A stretch of DNA of 64,000 nt from Chthoniobacterales bacterium (GTDB taxonomy: Bacteria; Verrucomicrobiota; Verrucomicrobiia; Chthoniobacterales; JAATET01), in contig JAATET010000071.1 of the NCBI GenBank assembly GCA_015655545.1, positions 2,526 to 66,525 of the forward strand, written 5' to 3'. This document shows positions 1 to 10,045 of the stretch, piece by piece. Both the position numbers and the translations under genes were made by a program. The notes under the pieces are model-generated. The model saw nothing but the letters and a program-made list of their open reading frames with translations, made no database searches and had not been told where the DNA came from. Numbering within the stretch: position 1 is the first letter of the stretch; the number at the start of each line of letters is the position of its first letter.

Positions 1-97
1 TGAACGAATACGAAGATTGAGTTCCGCGATCCGGCGGAACGAATTTTCTCTCCTCCCTTCCTTTACAAGTGAGGGCTCCTCCGTAGCCTTGGCGGAC

Positions 98-2386
98 ATG
101 GTTCCCCTCGTCTCTTTTCTTCGTCGTGCGTTTCTTTTTTTCGCCGCGCCGTTCGTTCTCGCCTCCGTTGCCTGCGCCGAGGAGCCGCCCGCCAGCTTCG
201 TCGATCCCTTCATTGGCACGGGCGGGCACGGGCACGTGTTTCCGGGCGCGACGACTCCCTTCGGCATGGTGCAACTCAGCCCCGATACCGGCACCGAGGG
301 CTGGGACCGATGCTCCGGATATCATTACTCGGACAAGTCGATCCTGGGCTTCAGCCACACCCACCTGAGCGGCACCGGCTGCGCGGATCTCGGCAACATC
401 CTCTTCGTGCCGCAGGTCGCGCCGGCAAAATGGGAGGCGGGCCCGGAGAACAAACCGGGCGAAGGCTACCGCACCGCTTTCGACCACAAGGACGAAGCCG
501 CAAGCCCAGGCTATTACCGCGTGAAGCTTGCGTCGGAAATCACCGCGGAACTGACCGCCACCGAGCGCACCGGCTTCCATCGTTACACGTTTCCAGCCTC
601 GGCCCAGGCCACCCTGCTCATCGATCTCGCCCATAAAATCGGCATGGGCGACAAGGGCGGGCATTTCGATGGCGCGGTGACCGTGGAGAGCCCGACCGTG
701 GTCTCCGGCTGGCAGCACACCGACGGCTGGTCGAGGGACAAGACGTTCTATTTCGTCGCGGAGTTTTCGCAGCGGATCACCGCCCAGTCGTTCCAGACCG
801 GCGGAGCGGCATCGAAGGGAACGGCGCCCGCCACGAAGAGTGTGAACGGAGTGAACGTCAAGGCGCTTCTCGAGTTCGGCAAGCTCGCAAGGCCGTTGCT
901 CATCCGGGTCGGACTCTCGCCGGTGAGCGTCGAAAAAGCGCGCGCGAACCTGCGCGCCGAGGCAGGATTGGCGGGGTTCGACGAAGTTCGTGCCAACGCC
1001 GTCAAAAAATGGAACGCGATGCTCGGGCGCGTCGCGATCGAGACGCCGGATACCGCGCAGCGGCAGATTTTCTACACCGCACTCTATCACACGATGATCG
1101 CGCCGAACCTTTACAACGACGCGGACCGCACCTACATCGGCGTCAATCGCAAGGTCGTTTCCAAGGCGGCCTTCAACTACTACTCCACCTTCTCGCTCTG
1201 GGACACCTTTCGCGCCGCGAATCCGCTTTTCACCTTGATCGCGCCGGAGCGCGTGAACGACTTCGTCCGCACGATGGTCGCGCACTCCGAGCGCTCGCGC
1301 AACCATGAGCTCCCGATCTGGACGCTCTGCGCCAACGACACGGGGTGCATGATCGGCTACCACTCCGTGCCGGTGATCACCGACGCCTACTTCAAGGGCT
1401 TCCGCGAGTTCGACGCCCACAAGACCCTCACCGCGATGAAGGCGAGCGCAAACGCGCGCGAGGACCACGAACGTTACGCGAAGGACGGATTCGCGGCCTC
1501 CGGCGAACGCGACAATCAAGGCACTTCGCGCACGCTGGAATACGCCTACGACGACTGGTGCATCGCACAGTTCGCGGACGCCATCGGCGCAAGAACGGAC
1601 GCGGAAACCTACCGGAAACGCGCGCAGAATTACCGCAAGGTCTGGGACCCGGAGGTCGGATTCATGCGCGGCCGCGACAAAGAGGGCAAATGGCTGCCGG
1701 ATTTCGATCCCGCCGACGCCCGCGAGGCGCGCAGCTTCACCGAGGCCAACTCGTGGCAATACACCTGGTCCGTGATGCAGGACGTCCCCGGCCTCATCGC
1801 CCTTATGGGCGGACCGGATAAATTTGCCACGAAGCTCGATGCCCTGTGGACGGCCCCCGGCGCGAAAAATACGAGCGGCCAGCCGCCCGACATTTCCGGC
1901 CTCATCGGCCAATACGCGCACGGCAACGAGCCAAGCCACCACATCGCCTATCTCTACGACTTCGTCGGCCAGGCGTGGAAGACGCAGCAGCGCATCCGCG
2001 AGATCCTGACCGGGCAATACCACGATCAGCCCGACGGCCTGGCCGGCAACGAGGACTGCGGTCAAATGAGCGCGTGGTATGTCTGGAGCGCGCTCGGCCT
2101 TTACCCCGTCAATCCCGCGAGCGGCCTCTACATGATCGGCGGCCCCCTGTTTCCGAAGGCCGCGATTTCGTTGGTGCAGGGCGGCCGGATCTTCACGATC
2201 GAATCGGAAAACGCCGCGCCGGCGAATCCCTACATCCAGTCGGCAACCCTGAACGGCAAGCCGCTGGATCGCGCCTGGATCACCCACCGGGAAATGATGG
2301 CCGGCGGGACGCTGCATTTCGTGATGGGGCCGCAGCCCAACAAATCGTGGGCCGCGCAGGCCACGCCTCCCCCGACGGGGTATTGA
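98..2386 (+). CDS. Glycoside hydrolase family 92 (alpha-mannosidase-like), secreted
   Basis: ORF 17..2386. It carries the GH92-type N-terminal motif 'DPFIGTGGHGHVFPGATTPFGMVQLSPDT' and is about 760 aa. The ATG at 98 opens a signal-peptide-like 'MVPLVSFLRRAFLFFAAPFVLASVACA', so I prefer it over the TTG at 17. Confidence 0.85.
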   Translation: MVPLVSFLRRAFLFFAAPFVLASVACAEEPPASFVDPFIGTGGHGHVFPGATTPFGMVQLSPDTGTEGWDRCSGYHYSDKSILGFSHTHLSGTGCADLGNILFVPQVAPAKWEAGPENKPGEGYRTAFDHKDEAASPGYYRVKLASEITAELTATERTGFHRYTFPASAQATLLIDLAHKIGMGDKGGHFDGAVTVESPTVVSGWQHTDGWSRDKTFYFVAEFSQRITAQSFQTGGAASKGTAPATKSVNGVNVKALLEFGKLARPLLIRVGLSPVSVEKARANLRAEAGLAGFDEVRANAVKKWNAMLGRVAIETPDTAQRQIFYTALYHTMIAPNLYNDADRTYIGVNRKVVSKAAFNYYSTFSLWDTFRAANPLFTLIAPERVNDFVRTMVAHSERSRNHELPIWTLCANDTGCMIGYHSVPVITDAYFKGFREFDAHKTLTAMKASANAREDHERYAKDGFAASGERDNQGTSRTLEYAYDDWCIAQFADAIGARTDAETYRKRAQNYRKVWDPEVGFMRGRDKEGKWLPDFDPADAREARSFTEANSWQYTWSVMQDVPGLIALMGGPDKFATKLDALWTAPGAKNTSGQPPDISGLIGQYAHGNEPSHHIAYLYDFVGQAWKTQQRIREILTGQYHDQPDGLAGNEDCGQMSAWYVWSALGLYPVNPASGLYMIGGPLFPKAAISLVQGGRIFTIESENAAPANPYIQSATLNGKPLDRAWITHREMMAGGTLHFVMGPQPNKSWAAQATPPPTGY

Positions 2387-2564
2387 GTTTTATTTCTGAT
2401 ACGACTCGTATCGAAGGGGCGATATTCGAATTTTCCAGCCGTTACTGGTCGCGATTTCCTGCCAGAGGTCCAACGAGAATCCCGTGAACGCGCCCCCGAT
2501 GGAGAAAAGCGGGAACGTTTCCGATCCTTGACGCCCGCTGCCGCCGCCGTGATTTTCTCCCCAA

Positions 2565-2765
2565 ATGCAGGATCTCGGAAAAATGCTCGTGATCGCCGGT
2601 CTCGCACTGGCCATCATCGGCGCGGTGATCTGGCTCGGAAAAGGCTTTCGCCTGCCGGGCGACATTTACCTCGAGCGCGGAAATTTCTCGTTCGGCTTTC
2701 CCGTCGTGACCTGCATCGTGGTCAGCCTCGTGATCACGGTTTTGCTGAATCTCTTTCGCCGCTGA
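2565..2765 (+). CDS. DUF2905-family small membrane protein
   Basis: 66-aa ORF with two hydrophobic segments flanking 'RLPGDIYLERGNFSFGFP', the pattern I associate with DUF2905. Its TGA overlaps the next ATG (TGATG). Confidence 0.6.
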   Translation: MQDLGKMLVIAGLALAIIGAVIWLGKGFRLPGDIYLERGNFSFGFPVVTCIVVSLVITVLLNLFRR

Positions 2766-4024
2766 TGCGCCGGGTGCTTCTTTTGCCCATCGGCAGCTCC
2801 GGCGACGTGAATCCATTCCTTTGGATCGGCCGCATCCTCCACGCCCGCGGCCACGCCGTGACCGTGGTGGCAAATCCGGTCTTCGCCGATTCGATCCGCA
2901 CGCTCGGTTTGCGCTTTGTGGCCTTCGGCGACGAGGCCGAGTTCCACGAGCTGCTGGCCCACCCCGACGTCTGGCATCCCACCAAAGGCCCGCCGCTCGT
3001 GCTGCGCTACGCGGGAGATGTGACGGGCCGGTATTTCGAACTCATCGCGCGGGAAGCCGGTGACGACCGCCCGCTCATGCTCGCCCCCGCCCCGGCTTTT
3101 GGCGCGCGGCTCGCCCGGGAAAAATTTGGCCTCCCGCTCGTCAGCGTGCACTTGCAGCCCTGCATGTTCCTCACCGTGGGCGACACGCCGCTGCTCGGTC
3201 AGCGCCTCGGATGGATTCGGCGGCTGCCCGCCTGGGCGAAACGCGTCGTCTTCGCGATCATCCGCGCCCGGATCGGTTCCGAAATCGCGCCGGGCGTGCG
3301 CAGGGCCAGCCGCGCCGCATCCGTGCCACCGCCGGGGAATCCGTTTCGCGACTGGTGGCAATCGCCCGACGGCGGGGTCTGCCTCTGGCCCGAGTGGTTC
3401 GGCCCCGCGCAGCCCGAGTGGGGCCCGCAGGTCCGCAGCGCCGGATTTCCGCTTTACGATCCGGCCGACCAGACCGCCCTCGCGCCCGATCTCGAGGCCT
3501 TCCTCGCCGCGGGCCCGCCGCCCATTCTCTTCACCCCCGGCTCGGCCATGGCGCAAGGCGGGGGATTTTTTGAAACCGCGCGGGCCGCATGCGTGGCGGC
3601 CGGGCGACGCGCGATCTTCGCCACAAAATTTCCGGAGCAACTCCCGCCCGATCTCCCGCCGGAGATCTTTCACGTCAGCTACGCCCCCTTTGGCACGCTC
3701 CTCCCCCGCTGCGCCGCCATCGTGCACCATGGCGGCGTCGGAACGACCTCGCAGGCTCTCGCGGCGGGCATCCCGCAACTCATCCGGCCGTTTTCCCACG
3801 ACCAACCCGACAACGCGGCCCGCGTGCGCCGCCTTGGCGCCGGCGAATGGATCTGGCCGGCGAAATTCACCGAAAAAAATCTCCGCCGCGTGCTCGATGC
3901 CCTGCTCGGCGACAAGGAACTCCAGGCCCGCTGCACCGCATGGGCCGCTCGCCTGCGCGCGGAGCCTTCCGAAGCCCGCCTGCTGGAAGCGCTCGCGCCG
4001 CATCTCGACGTCGATGACGACTGA
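2765..4024 (+). CDS. GT1-family glycosyltransferase (MGT/UGT/RhlB-like)
   Basis: Lies within ORF 2528..4024. The ATG at 2765 gives 'MRRVLLLPIGSSGDVNPFLWIG'. The C-terminal nucleotide-sugar signature is 'HHGGVGTTSQALAAGIPQLIRPFSHDQPDNA'. Confidence 0.75.
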   Translation: MRRVLLLPIGSSGDVNPFLWIGRILHARGHAVTVVANPVFADSIRTLGLRFVAFGDEAEFHELLAHPDVWHPTKGPPLVLRYAGDVTGRYFELIAREAGDDRPLMLAPAPAFGARLAREKFGLPLVSVHLQPCMFLTVGDTPLLGQRLGWIRRLPAWAKRVVFAIIRARIGSEIAPGVRRASRAASVPPPGNPFRDWWQSPDGGVCLWPEWFGPAQPEWGPQVRSAGFPLYDPADQTALAPDLEAFLAAGPPPILFTPGSAMAQGGGFFETARAACVAAGRRAIFATKFPEQLPPDLPPEIFHVSYAPFGTLLPRCAAIVHHGGVGTTSQALAAGIPQLIRPFSHDQPDNAARVRRLGAGEWIWPAKFTEKNLRRVLDALLGDKELQARCTAWAARLRAEPSEARLLEALAPHLDVDDD

Positions 4025-4838
4025 ATCCTTCCCGCTCGAAGCCTACCTGGCCCGGATCGGGTGGACGGGACCCGTCGATTCCTCGCTTGCCACGCTTGCC
4101 GCCCTGCATCGCCACCAGCTCCTCGCGATTCCGTTCGAAAATCTCGACCCGTTCTGCGGGCGGCCCATTTCCCTCGATCCCATCGACCTCGCGGACAAAA
4201 TGATCCACCGCCGCCGCGGCGGCTATTGTTTCGAACTCAACGGCCTGTTTCTTCTCGCGTTGCAGGCGATCGGTTTTCACACGACCTCGCTGTGCGCGCG
4301 CGTGCTGATCAGCGAGGGAAACTACGGCCCGCGCACCCACCAGATCACGCTCGTCGGCTTCGGCGGCGCACGCTGGCTCGCCGATGTCGGCTTCGGCGGC
4401 AACGGGCTCATCGAGGCGATTCCGTTCGAGCTCGAATGCGAGTTCGACCAGCAGCTCGACCGCTTTCGCCTCGTCGAAGACGCCACCTACGGCTGCCGCC
4501 TCGAGCATCGCCTGCAGCAAGGCTGGCGCGCGCTCTACGCCTTTTCACTCGATCCGTATCTGCCGGCCGACTTCGCCGCGTTGAATTACTTTATTTCCCG
4601 CGCGCCGGAGTCTTTTTTCACGCGGATTCCGATCTGCGTGCGCACCACGCCGACGGAACGCCGCATCGTCGTCGCGAATCAATTCAAAGTGCGCGCCGGC
4701 GACACCCGCTCCACTACGAAAATCGAAACCGCGGCACACCTGCGCACCATTCTCGTCGAGCAGCTCGGCATCGTCCTGCCGGCGGATTTCACGCTTCCCG
4801 ACCCTCCCGCGCCGCCGCCCGGAATGCGGGAGATCTAA
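4014..4838 (+). CDS. Arylamine N-acetyltransferase (NAT) family protein
   Basis: In-frame ATG at 4014 inside ORF 3060..4838. Motifs 'IPFENLD', 'RRGGYCFELNGLF' (catalytic Cys context), 'THQITLV' and 'DVGFGG' fit the NAT Cys-His-Asp pattern. It overlaps the GT1 stop by 11 nt. Confidence 0.8.
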   Translation: MTTESFPLEAYLARIGWTGPVDSSLATLAALHRHQLLAIPFENLDPFCGRPISLDPIDLADKMIHRRRGGYCFELNGLFLLALQAIGFHTTSLCARVLISEGNYGPRTHQITLVGFGGARWLADVGFGGNGLIEAIPFELECEFDQQLDRFRLVEDATYGCRLEHRLQQGWRALYAFSLDPYLPADFAALNYFISRAPESFFTRIPICVRTTPTERRIVVANQFKVRAGDTRSTTKIETAAHLRTILVEQLGIVLPADFTLPDPPAPPPGMREI

Positions 4839-4917
4839 ACCCGTCGCGTCGTCGCGCGCCCTCTCGCGCTCCGCTTTTTTGTGGGCACGAATCGCCCGGC
4901 GTTCTATCGTTCGGCGC

Positions 4918-5598
4918 ATGTCCTTCCCCCGAGGCTCGCTGCTTTTTATGGCCGCCATCGCGTGCGGTCTTTTCATTCCACCGGCGGCATTCGCCGGGCA
5001 GCTGCCCTCCGGCGATGGGCCCGCCGTGGAGCTCTTCGACGGCCATACTCTCGACGGCTGGGTGCAATACGGAGGGAAAGCTCGTTTTGCGGTCAAGGAT
5101 GGCGAGATCCTCGGCACCGCCGTCGCGGAAAAGAACAATTCCTTCCTCACGACCAGGAAAGATTACGGCGACTTCGTTCTCGATCTGGATTTCAAAATCG
5201 ATGGCGGAAATTCGGGTGTGCAATTTCGCAGCCACATCCGCCCCGAGGGAGGCCTCCAGCGCGTCTTCGGCTATCAAGCCGAGATCGATCCCGCCGCTCC
5301 CTCGAAAATCGGCAGCATCTACGAAGAAGGCGCGCGCGGCTGGATCCACGATCTCCGCGACACCGAGACCGGCCGGCGGGCGGCCTCGGCATTCAAAGCC
5401 GGCGGGTGGAATCACTTCCGCATCGAGGCCATCGGGGATCACCTCCGCACCTGGCTGAATGGCGTGGCGATCACGGACTTTCACGACGCGCAAACGAAGT
5501 CCGGTTTTATCGCGCTGCAAGTCCACGCCGTCCCGAAAAGCGAAGGCCAGACCGTTCGCTTTAAAAATATCGTTCTCCATGAAATTTCCCTCCCATAA
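4918..5598 (+). CDS. DUF1080 (3-keto-disaccharide hydrolase-like) secreted protein
   Basis: The ATG at 4918 gives the signal peptide '[26 protein letters not shown]'. Motifs '[10 protein letters not shown]', 'NSGVQFRS', 'GYQAEID' and 'FIALQVH...VRFKNIVL' are typical of DUF1080. Confidence 0.75.
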   Translation: MSFPRGSLLFMAAIACGLFIPPAAFAGQLPSGDGPAVELFDGHTLDGWVQYGGKARFAVKDGEILGTAVAEKNNSFLTTRKDYGDFVLDLDFKIDGGNSGVQFRSHIRPEGGLQRVFGYQAEIDPAAPSKIGSIYEEGARGWIHDLRDTETGRRAASAFKAGGWNHFRIEAIGDHLRTWLNGVAITDFHDAQTKSGFIALQVHAVPKSEGQTVRFKNIVLHEISLP

Positions 5599-6337
5599 TC
5601 CCATTCGTTTCCCGATCGTCCTCGCGGCCATGGCCGCTTTGCAAACTCTCCACGCCGCGGAGCCAAACACCCTCACCGATTCGGAAAAAAAAGGCGGCTG
5701 GACGCTTTTATGGAACGGAAAAACCACCGACGGCTGGCGCAGCGCCCACTCCGAGGATTTCCCGAAAGTCGGCTGGGAGATCAAAGACGGCGTCCTCTCC
5801 GCCCAGGCCGCCGGCGACGCCGAATCGCAAAACGGCGGCGACATCATCACTCGCCGGAAATACGGAAATTTCGAGTTAGTCGCCGACTTTCGGATCACGC
5901 CCGGCGCCAACAGCGGGATCAAATATTTCGTGGATCCCGGGTTGAACAAAGGAGCTGGTTCCGCGATCGGCTGCGAGTTTCAGATCCTCGATGACGAGCG
6001 ACATCCCGATGCCAAACTCGGGCGGGAAGGAAACCGCACCATCGGCTCTCTCTACGACCTCATTCCCGCTGCGAGCGACAAAAAGGTGAATCCCCCGGGC
6101 GAATGGAATACGGCCCGCATCATCGTGCAAGGCAACCACGTCGAACATTGGCTGAACGGGAAAAAAGTCGTCTCCTACGAACGCGGCAATCCCGCATGGA
6201 GAGCGCTCGTCGCGACCAGCAAATACAAGGATTGGCCGAAGTTCGGCGAACTTCCCGAGGGGAACATTCTGCTCCAGGATCACGGATTTGCCGTCTCCTT
6301 TCGCAACCTCAAGATTCGCGAACTCCCCGCGGAGTAA
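5579..6337 (+). CDS. DUF1080 (3-keto-disaccharide hydrolase-like) secreted protein, tandem paralog
   Basis: The ATG at 5579 gives '[26 protein letters not shown]'. Motifs '[10 protein letters not shown]', 'NSGIKYF', 'EFQILDD' and '[20 protein letters not shown]'. It overlaps the previous gene by 20 nt. Confidence 0.75.
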   Translation: MKFPSHNPIRFPIVLAAMAALQTLHAAEPNTLTDSEKKGGWTLLWNGKTTDGWRSAHSEDFPKVGWEIKDGVLSAQAAGDAESQNGGDIITRRKYGNFELVADFRITPGANSGIKYFVDPGLNKGAGSAIGCEFQILDDERHPDAKLGREGNRTIGSLYDLIPAASDKKVNPPGEWNTARIIVQGNHVEHWLNGKKVVSYERGNPAWRALVATSKYKDWPKFGELPEGNILLQDHGFAVSFRNLKIRELPAE

Positions 6338-6349
6338 CTCGCCCGCCGC

Positions 6350-6955
6350 TTAAATCTTCAGGCCCAGCTCCCGCATCCGCTGCAACGCGGCGTCATGATT
6401 GCGAAAATCATAGACGATTCCGCGCAATCCGGCCGCCTCGGCCGCGACGATATTTTCTTCGAGATCGTCGATATAAAGCGTCCGCGCGGGATCGACTCCG
6501 AACTGCGCGAGCGCGATATCGTAAATGCGCGCCCCAGGTTTCAGCACGCCCGCCTGGTAGGAATAGACTCCGTCGCGAAAGGTCGAGAAGACGGGATATT
6601 CGCGAAAAATGAACTCGTGGTGAATGCACGAGATATTTGAGAGCAGGTAAGTCGGCATTCCGCTCGCGGCGAGAGCGGCGGCGAGGCGGGAGAGCGGTTC
6701 GTTTTCCTCGAAAATATCCTCCCACATCGCGATGAAATCCGCGTCCGGACCCGTATGCGAAAATTCCGGCCGCACGAGCCGCAGAAACTCGGCCCGATCG
6801 ATTTTCCCGCCCTCCAGGGCCGCCTTCGCCACCACGATGCGCTCGCGATCCGGCTGCTCGGTCAGCCCGTTGTGCTCCATCAAACGGCGGGCGGCGATGA
6901 GATAGTCAAACTTGAGAAGGACGTTCCCGATGTCGAAAATAACGGCGTTGATCAT
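6350..6955 (-). CDS. HAD-superfamily hydrolase (subfamily IA-like)
   Basis: The ATG at 6955 gives 'MINAVIFDIGNVLL' (DxG/DxD-type HAD motif I). Also 'LLSN' and the 'YIDDLEEN' motif IV. The longer ORF to 7279 is an Arg/Gly-rich extension that overlaps the upstream gene. Confidence 0.75.
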   Translation of the reverse strand: MINAVIFDIGNVLLKFDYLIAARRLMEHNGLTEQPDRERIVVAKAALEGGKIDRAEFLRLVRPEFSHTGPDADFIAMWEDIFEENEPLSRLAAALAASGMPTYLLSNISCIHHEFIFREYPVFSTFRDGVYSYQAGVLKPGARIYDIALAQFGVDPARTLYIDDLEENIVAAEAAGLRGIVYDFRNHDAALQRMRELGLKI

Positions 6956-8076
6956 TTTAAGCTCAAAATCCACTCCGCGATTTCCCGCGCGGCATTCGGG
7001 CGGCTGAGCCGCTGCGCTCCGGCGTGCCAGCGCCGCCAGGTTTCGCCGTCGTTGGCCAACGCCTCGCGCACGGCTTCGGCGATTGTCTCCGGCGTGACCG
7101 CGATGACTCCCGCGCGGCCTTCCGAAATCAGGCGGGCGTTCCCCTCCTCCTGTCCCGGCACGACCTGGCTCACGATCATCGGCGTCACGGCGGCGAGGCA
7201 TTCCTGCACCGTCGCTCCGCCCGCCTTGCTGATGACGATATGCGCCTCCGCGATGAATCTCGGCAATTCCTTTGTCCATCCATGCACCTGCACCGCGCTC
7301 GCATGCGAAGCGGCGGCCGCGCGAATGCGCTTCTCCAGCACATCATCGCGACCCACCGTGATCATAAGCTCCATGCCATCGATGGTAAGCAGTTCGCGAG
7401 CGATATCCACGGCCGTATGCTTGCCGGAATTGACCATGAACAAAACTCGCCAGCGCTCGCCTCGGGAGGGCGCGATTTTCGGCAATCGAGCTTCCGCAAA
7501 AAATGCCGGCACGGGAAATCCGGTGACGCGTATCTTGCCGGGCGGCACACCCTGTTCCGTCATCACCGCCGCCGTCGCCTCGTTCGCCACGAGATAAAAG
7601 TCGTTGTAGCCGGTATGCCACACGCGATTGATGGTCAACGAATCGGTCACGATCGTGACTTGTCGAAACGGCCGGCGACTCATCCCCTGGCAAAGATGAT
7701 CGAGAAGATGGCTGCACCCGGGATAGACCGAGACGACGACCTCGGGTTGAAATTCGTCCAGCAGTCCTCGCAATAGCCGCGACGCGCGACCGAAGACGCC
7801 GATATTTCCCGCCACCGCGCTGGATCGATCGAGCCACTGGAACACGAGATTCCACACGCCCGGCAGCCGATTGATGACGAATAAATACGCCCGCACCGAG
7901 AGTCGGTTCAGCCACCCGTAAGCTTCGGAAAAAATATCGCGCATCTCGACGCGCGCGTCGGGAGCGGCGGCGGCCAGCGCGTCGCGCAAGTTGCGGGCGG
8001 CGGCATTGTGCCCCTCTCCGAATCCGGCGGTGAGGATCAGCACGCGCCGGGGTCGCGCCTCCGATTTCAGATCCAT
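6952..8076 (-). CDS. MGDG-synthase/UgtP-like glycosyltransferase (GT28-like)
   Basis: The ATG at 8076 gives 'MDLKSEARPRRVLILTAGFGEGHNAAARNL', the N-terminal pattern of the monogalactosyldiacylglycerol-synthase family. The C-terminal 'ISKAGGATVQECLAAVTPMIV' is a GT-B donor-binding pattern. Confidence 0.7.
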   Translation of the reverse strand: MDLKSEARPRRVLILTAGFGEGHNAAARNLRDALAAAAPDARVEMRDIFSEAYGWLNRLSVRAYLFVINRLPGVWNLVFQWLDRSSAVAGNIGVFGRASRLLRGLLDEFQPEVVVSVYPGCSHLLDHLCQGMSRRPFRQVTIVTDSLTINRVWHTGYNDFYLVANEATAAVMTEQGVPPGKIRVTGFPVPAFFAEARLPKIAPSRGERWRVLFMVNSGKHTAVDIARELLTIDGMELMITVGRDDVLEKRIRAAAASHASAVQVHGWTKELPRFIAEAHIVISKAGGATVQECLAAVTPMIVSQVVPGQEEGNARLISEGRAGVIAVTPETIAEAVREALANDGETWRRWHAGAQRLSRPNAAREIAEWILSLK

Positions 8077-9122
8077 TTCTTGCGTTTCACGATGAAGAAA
8101 GTCGTGCCGGCGACCACCGCGCAAAGCGCCCAGAAATAGGCATAACCGTATTTCCAATGCAGCTCTGGCATGAAGGCGAAGTTCATGCCGTAAACGCCGG
8201 CCACGAACGTGAGCGGAATGAAAAACGTCGAGACGACCGTGAGCACACGCATGATCTCGTTCGTGCGAAAGCCGAGGCTGGAAAGATAGACATCCATCAA
8301 TCCCGCGCTGATGTCGCGATAGCTTTCGACGAGGTCGATGATTTGCGTGATGTGATCGTAGCAATCGCGCAGGAACACGGCCGTCTCCTGCGCCACTCGC
8401 CCTGTCTCGTCGCGCATGAGCACGTTCACGATCTCACGCTGCGGCCAGGAGGCGCGGCGCAGCTGGATCAGCAGGCGCTTCGCTTCGTAAAGTCGCCGCA
8501 AGGTGGCCTTGGTCGGATGCTCCAGCAGTTCCTCTTCGATCTCCTCGATCGCATCGCCGAGCGTTTCGAGGATTGGGAAAAAATGGTCCACGATGCCGTC
8601 GAGCAGCGCGTAAGCGAGATAGTCGGCCTTGCGCTGCCGGGCGAAGCCTTTCCCCATGCGCAGGCGCTTGCGCACGTGCTCGAAGGCGTCGCGTCCTCTC
8701 TCTTCCTGGAAAGTCAGCAGAAAGGATTCGCCGAGAAAAATACTCACCTGCTCGAAAGTGAGCGCGCGGCTCTCCTCGAAATAGACCATCTCGCTGACGA
8801 TAAAAATATTGTCGTCGTAGGGCTCGACCTTCGGCCGCTGCGTGGTGTTGAGCACGTCCTCGAGCGCGAGCGGATGGATTTTGAAACGCTCCGCGATCCG
8901 GCGCAGGAGGTCGAGGTCGTTGAGGCCGTCGATATTGATCCAGTTCACTTTCGCCGGATCGAACCGCGCCATGAGATCGTCGAACGAATCGAACTCGCCT
9001 TCAAAGATCGCCTCCGCGTCGTATTGGATGAGCGTGAGTGTCGCCGGGTCGGTGGCGGCATCCACGCGCGGCTTCAAGGTCGCTGGCGCGGTGCCCGGGA
9101 GGTGATAATTCAGGCGGATCAC
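8067..9122 (-). CDS. corA: Magnesium/cobalt transporter CorA
   Basis: The C-terminus has two TM segments with the 'YGMNF' (GMN) signature. There is no ATG near the homologous N-terminus. The GTG at 9122 ('VIRLNYHLPG') lies 9 nt downstream of the thiL stop. Confidence 0.85.
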   Translation of the reverse strand: MIRLNYHLPGTAPATLKPRVDAATDPATLTLIQYDAEAIFEGEFDSFDDLMARFDPAKVNWINIDGLNDLDLLRRIAERFKIHPLALEDVLNTTQRPKVEPYDDNIFIVSEMVYFEESRALTFEQVSIFLGESFLLTFQEERGRDAFEHVRKRLRMGKGFARQRKADYLAYALLDGIVDHFFPILETLGDAIEEIEEELLEHPTKATLRRLYEAKRLLIQLRRASWPQREIVNVLMRDETGRVAQETAVFLRDCYDHITQIIDLVESYRDISAGLMDVYLSSLGFRTNEIMRVLTVVSTFFIPLTFVAGVYGMNFAFMPELHWKYGYAYFWALCAVVAGTTFFIVKRKKWI

Positions 9123-9130
9123 GGTGACGT

Positions 9131-10045
9131 CTATGAGCCAGATTTCGCCGGCGGCTGACAATCGGAAAAATGCGCGTAGCCCGACGCCAGCGGCGTGCGC
9201 CGGCTGCGATCCGCGAGCAACGTGCCGATCCGGGTGAGCGGAAGGCGCGGAAATCTCAGCCGCCACGCCGCGGCGAGCCTGGCCACGTCGCGCGCGCCAA
9301 TCGCGAAGAGCAGCTCGTAGTCCTCGCCGTCGCCGACGGCCTGCTCCGGCGTGCGGCCGCGATGACGGGGAACCGCCTCGCGATCGACCGCATAGCCTTT
9401 GCGGCTGGCCTTCGCGAGGCGCGGCAGATCGGTGCCGAGCCCGTCGCTGAGATCCATCATCGCGTGGATGTCGAAGTTTTTGACCAGCCATCTCGCTTCG
9501 TCGAGGCGAGGAGTGAATTTCAGATGCCGGCCGCTTTCGAGTGATCCGCCCATCCGCCCGGTGACGAACAATGCGTCCCGCGCCCGGCCGCCGCCGCGCA
9601 GCACGAGCCTCGTGCGTTTCACCCAGCCGGTGAGCGCGATGGAAAGGAACAATGCGCCGGGAGAGCGGGCGGTCTCGCCGCCGACGATGGAAATTTTATA
9701 GCGGCGCGCGGCCTGGCGCAGCCCGCGGTAGATCGCTTCGAGGTAGCCGACATCCAGATCCGCCGGCGCGGCGATCGTCACGAGAGCGGCATCGGGCCTG
9801 CCTCCACAGGCGGCGATGTCGCTGATCGCGCGGCACAGCGCCTTCCAGCCGACTTTTTCGCCGGCGTGCTCGCGCAAAAAGTGCACACCCTCGAGCAGAC
9901 AATCGGTTTTGAGCAGCTGCAGTTCCTTGCGCCCCGGCACGCGCACGGCAGCGCAATCGTCCCCCGCGCCAGCGATGACGCGGCCGTTGACCGGCAGCCG
10001 CCGCGTGAGCCGCTCCACCAAATCATCCTCGGACATCCCGTTCAT
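9131..10045 (-). CDS. thiL: Thiamine-monophosphate kinase
   Basis: Motifs 'AGDDCAAV', 'KALCRAISDIAACGG' and 'GGETARSPG' show the AIR-synthase-related fold of ThiL. The ATG at 10045 overlaps the CPBP stop as ATGA. Confidence 0.8.
   Translation of the reverse strand: MNGMSEDDLVERLTRRLPVNGRVIAGAGDDCAAVRVPGRKELQLLKTDCLLEGVHFLREHAGEKVGWKALCRAISDIAACGGRPDAALVTIAAPADLDVGYLEAIYRGLRQAARRYKISIVGGETARSPGALFLSIALTGWVKRTRLVLRGGGRARDALFVTGRMGGSLESGRHLKFTPRLDEARWLVKNFDIHAMMDLSDGLGTDLPRLAKASRKGYAVDREAVPRHRGRTPEQAVGDGEDYELLFAIGARDVARLAAAWRLRFPRLPLTRIGTLLADRSRRTPLASGYAHFSDCQPPAKSGS

Noticed and set aside
3060-4013. The N-terminal 318 codons of the 592-aa ORF that ends as the NAT gene.
   Set aside because: This stretch is an out-of-frame overlap of the well-supported GT1 gene and is Arg/Ser/Pro-rich. 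NAT homology begins only at the ATG at 4014.
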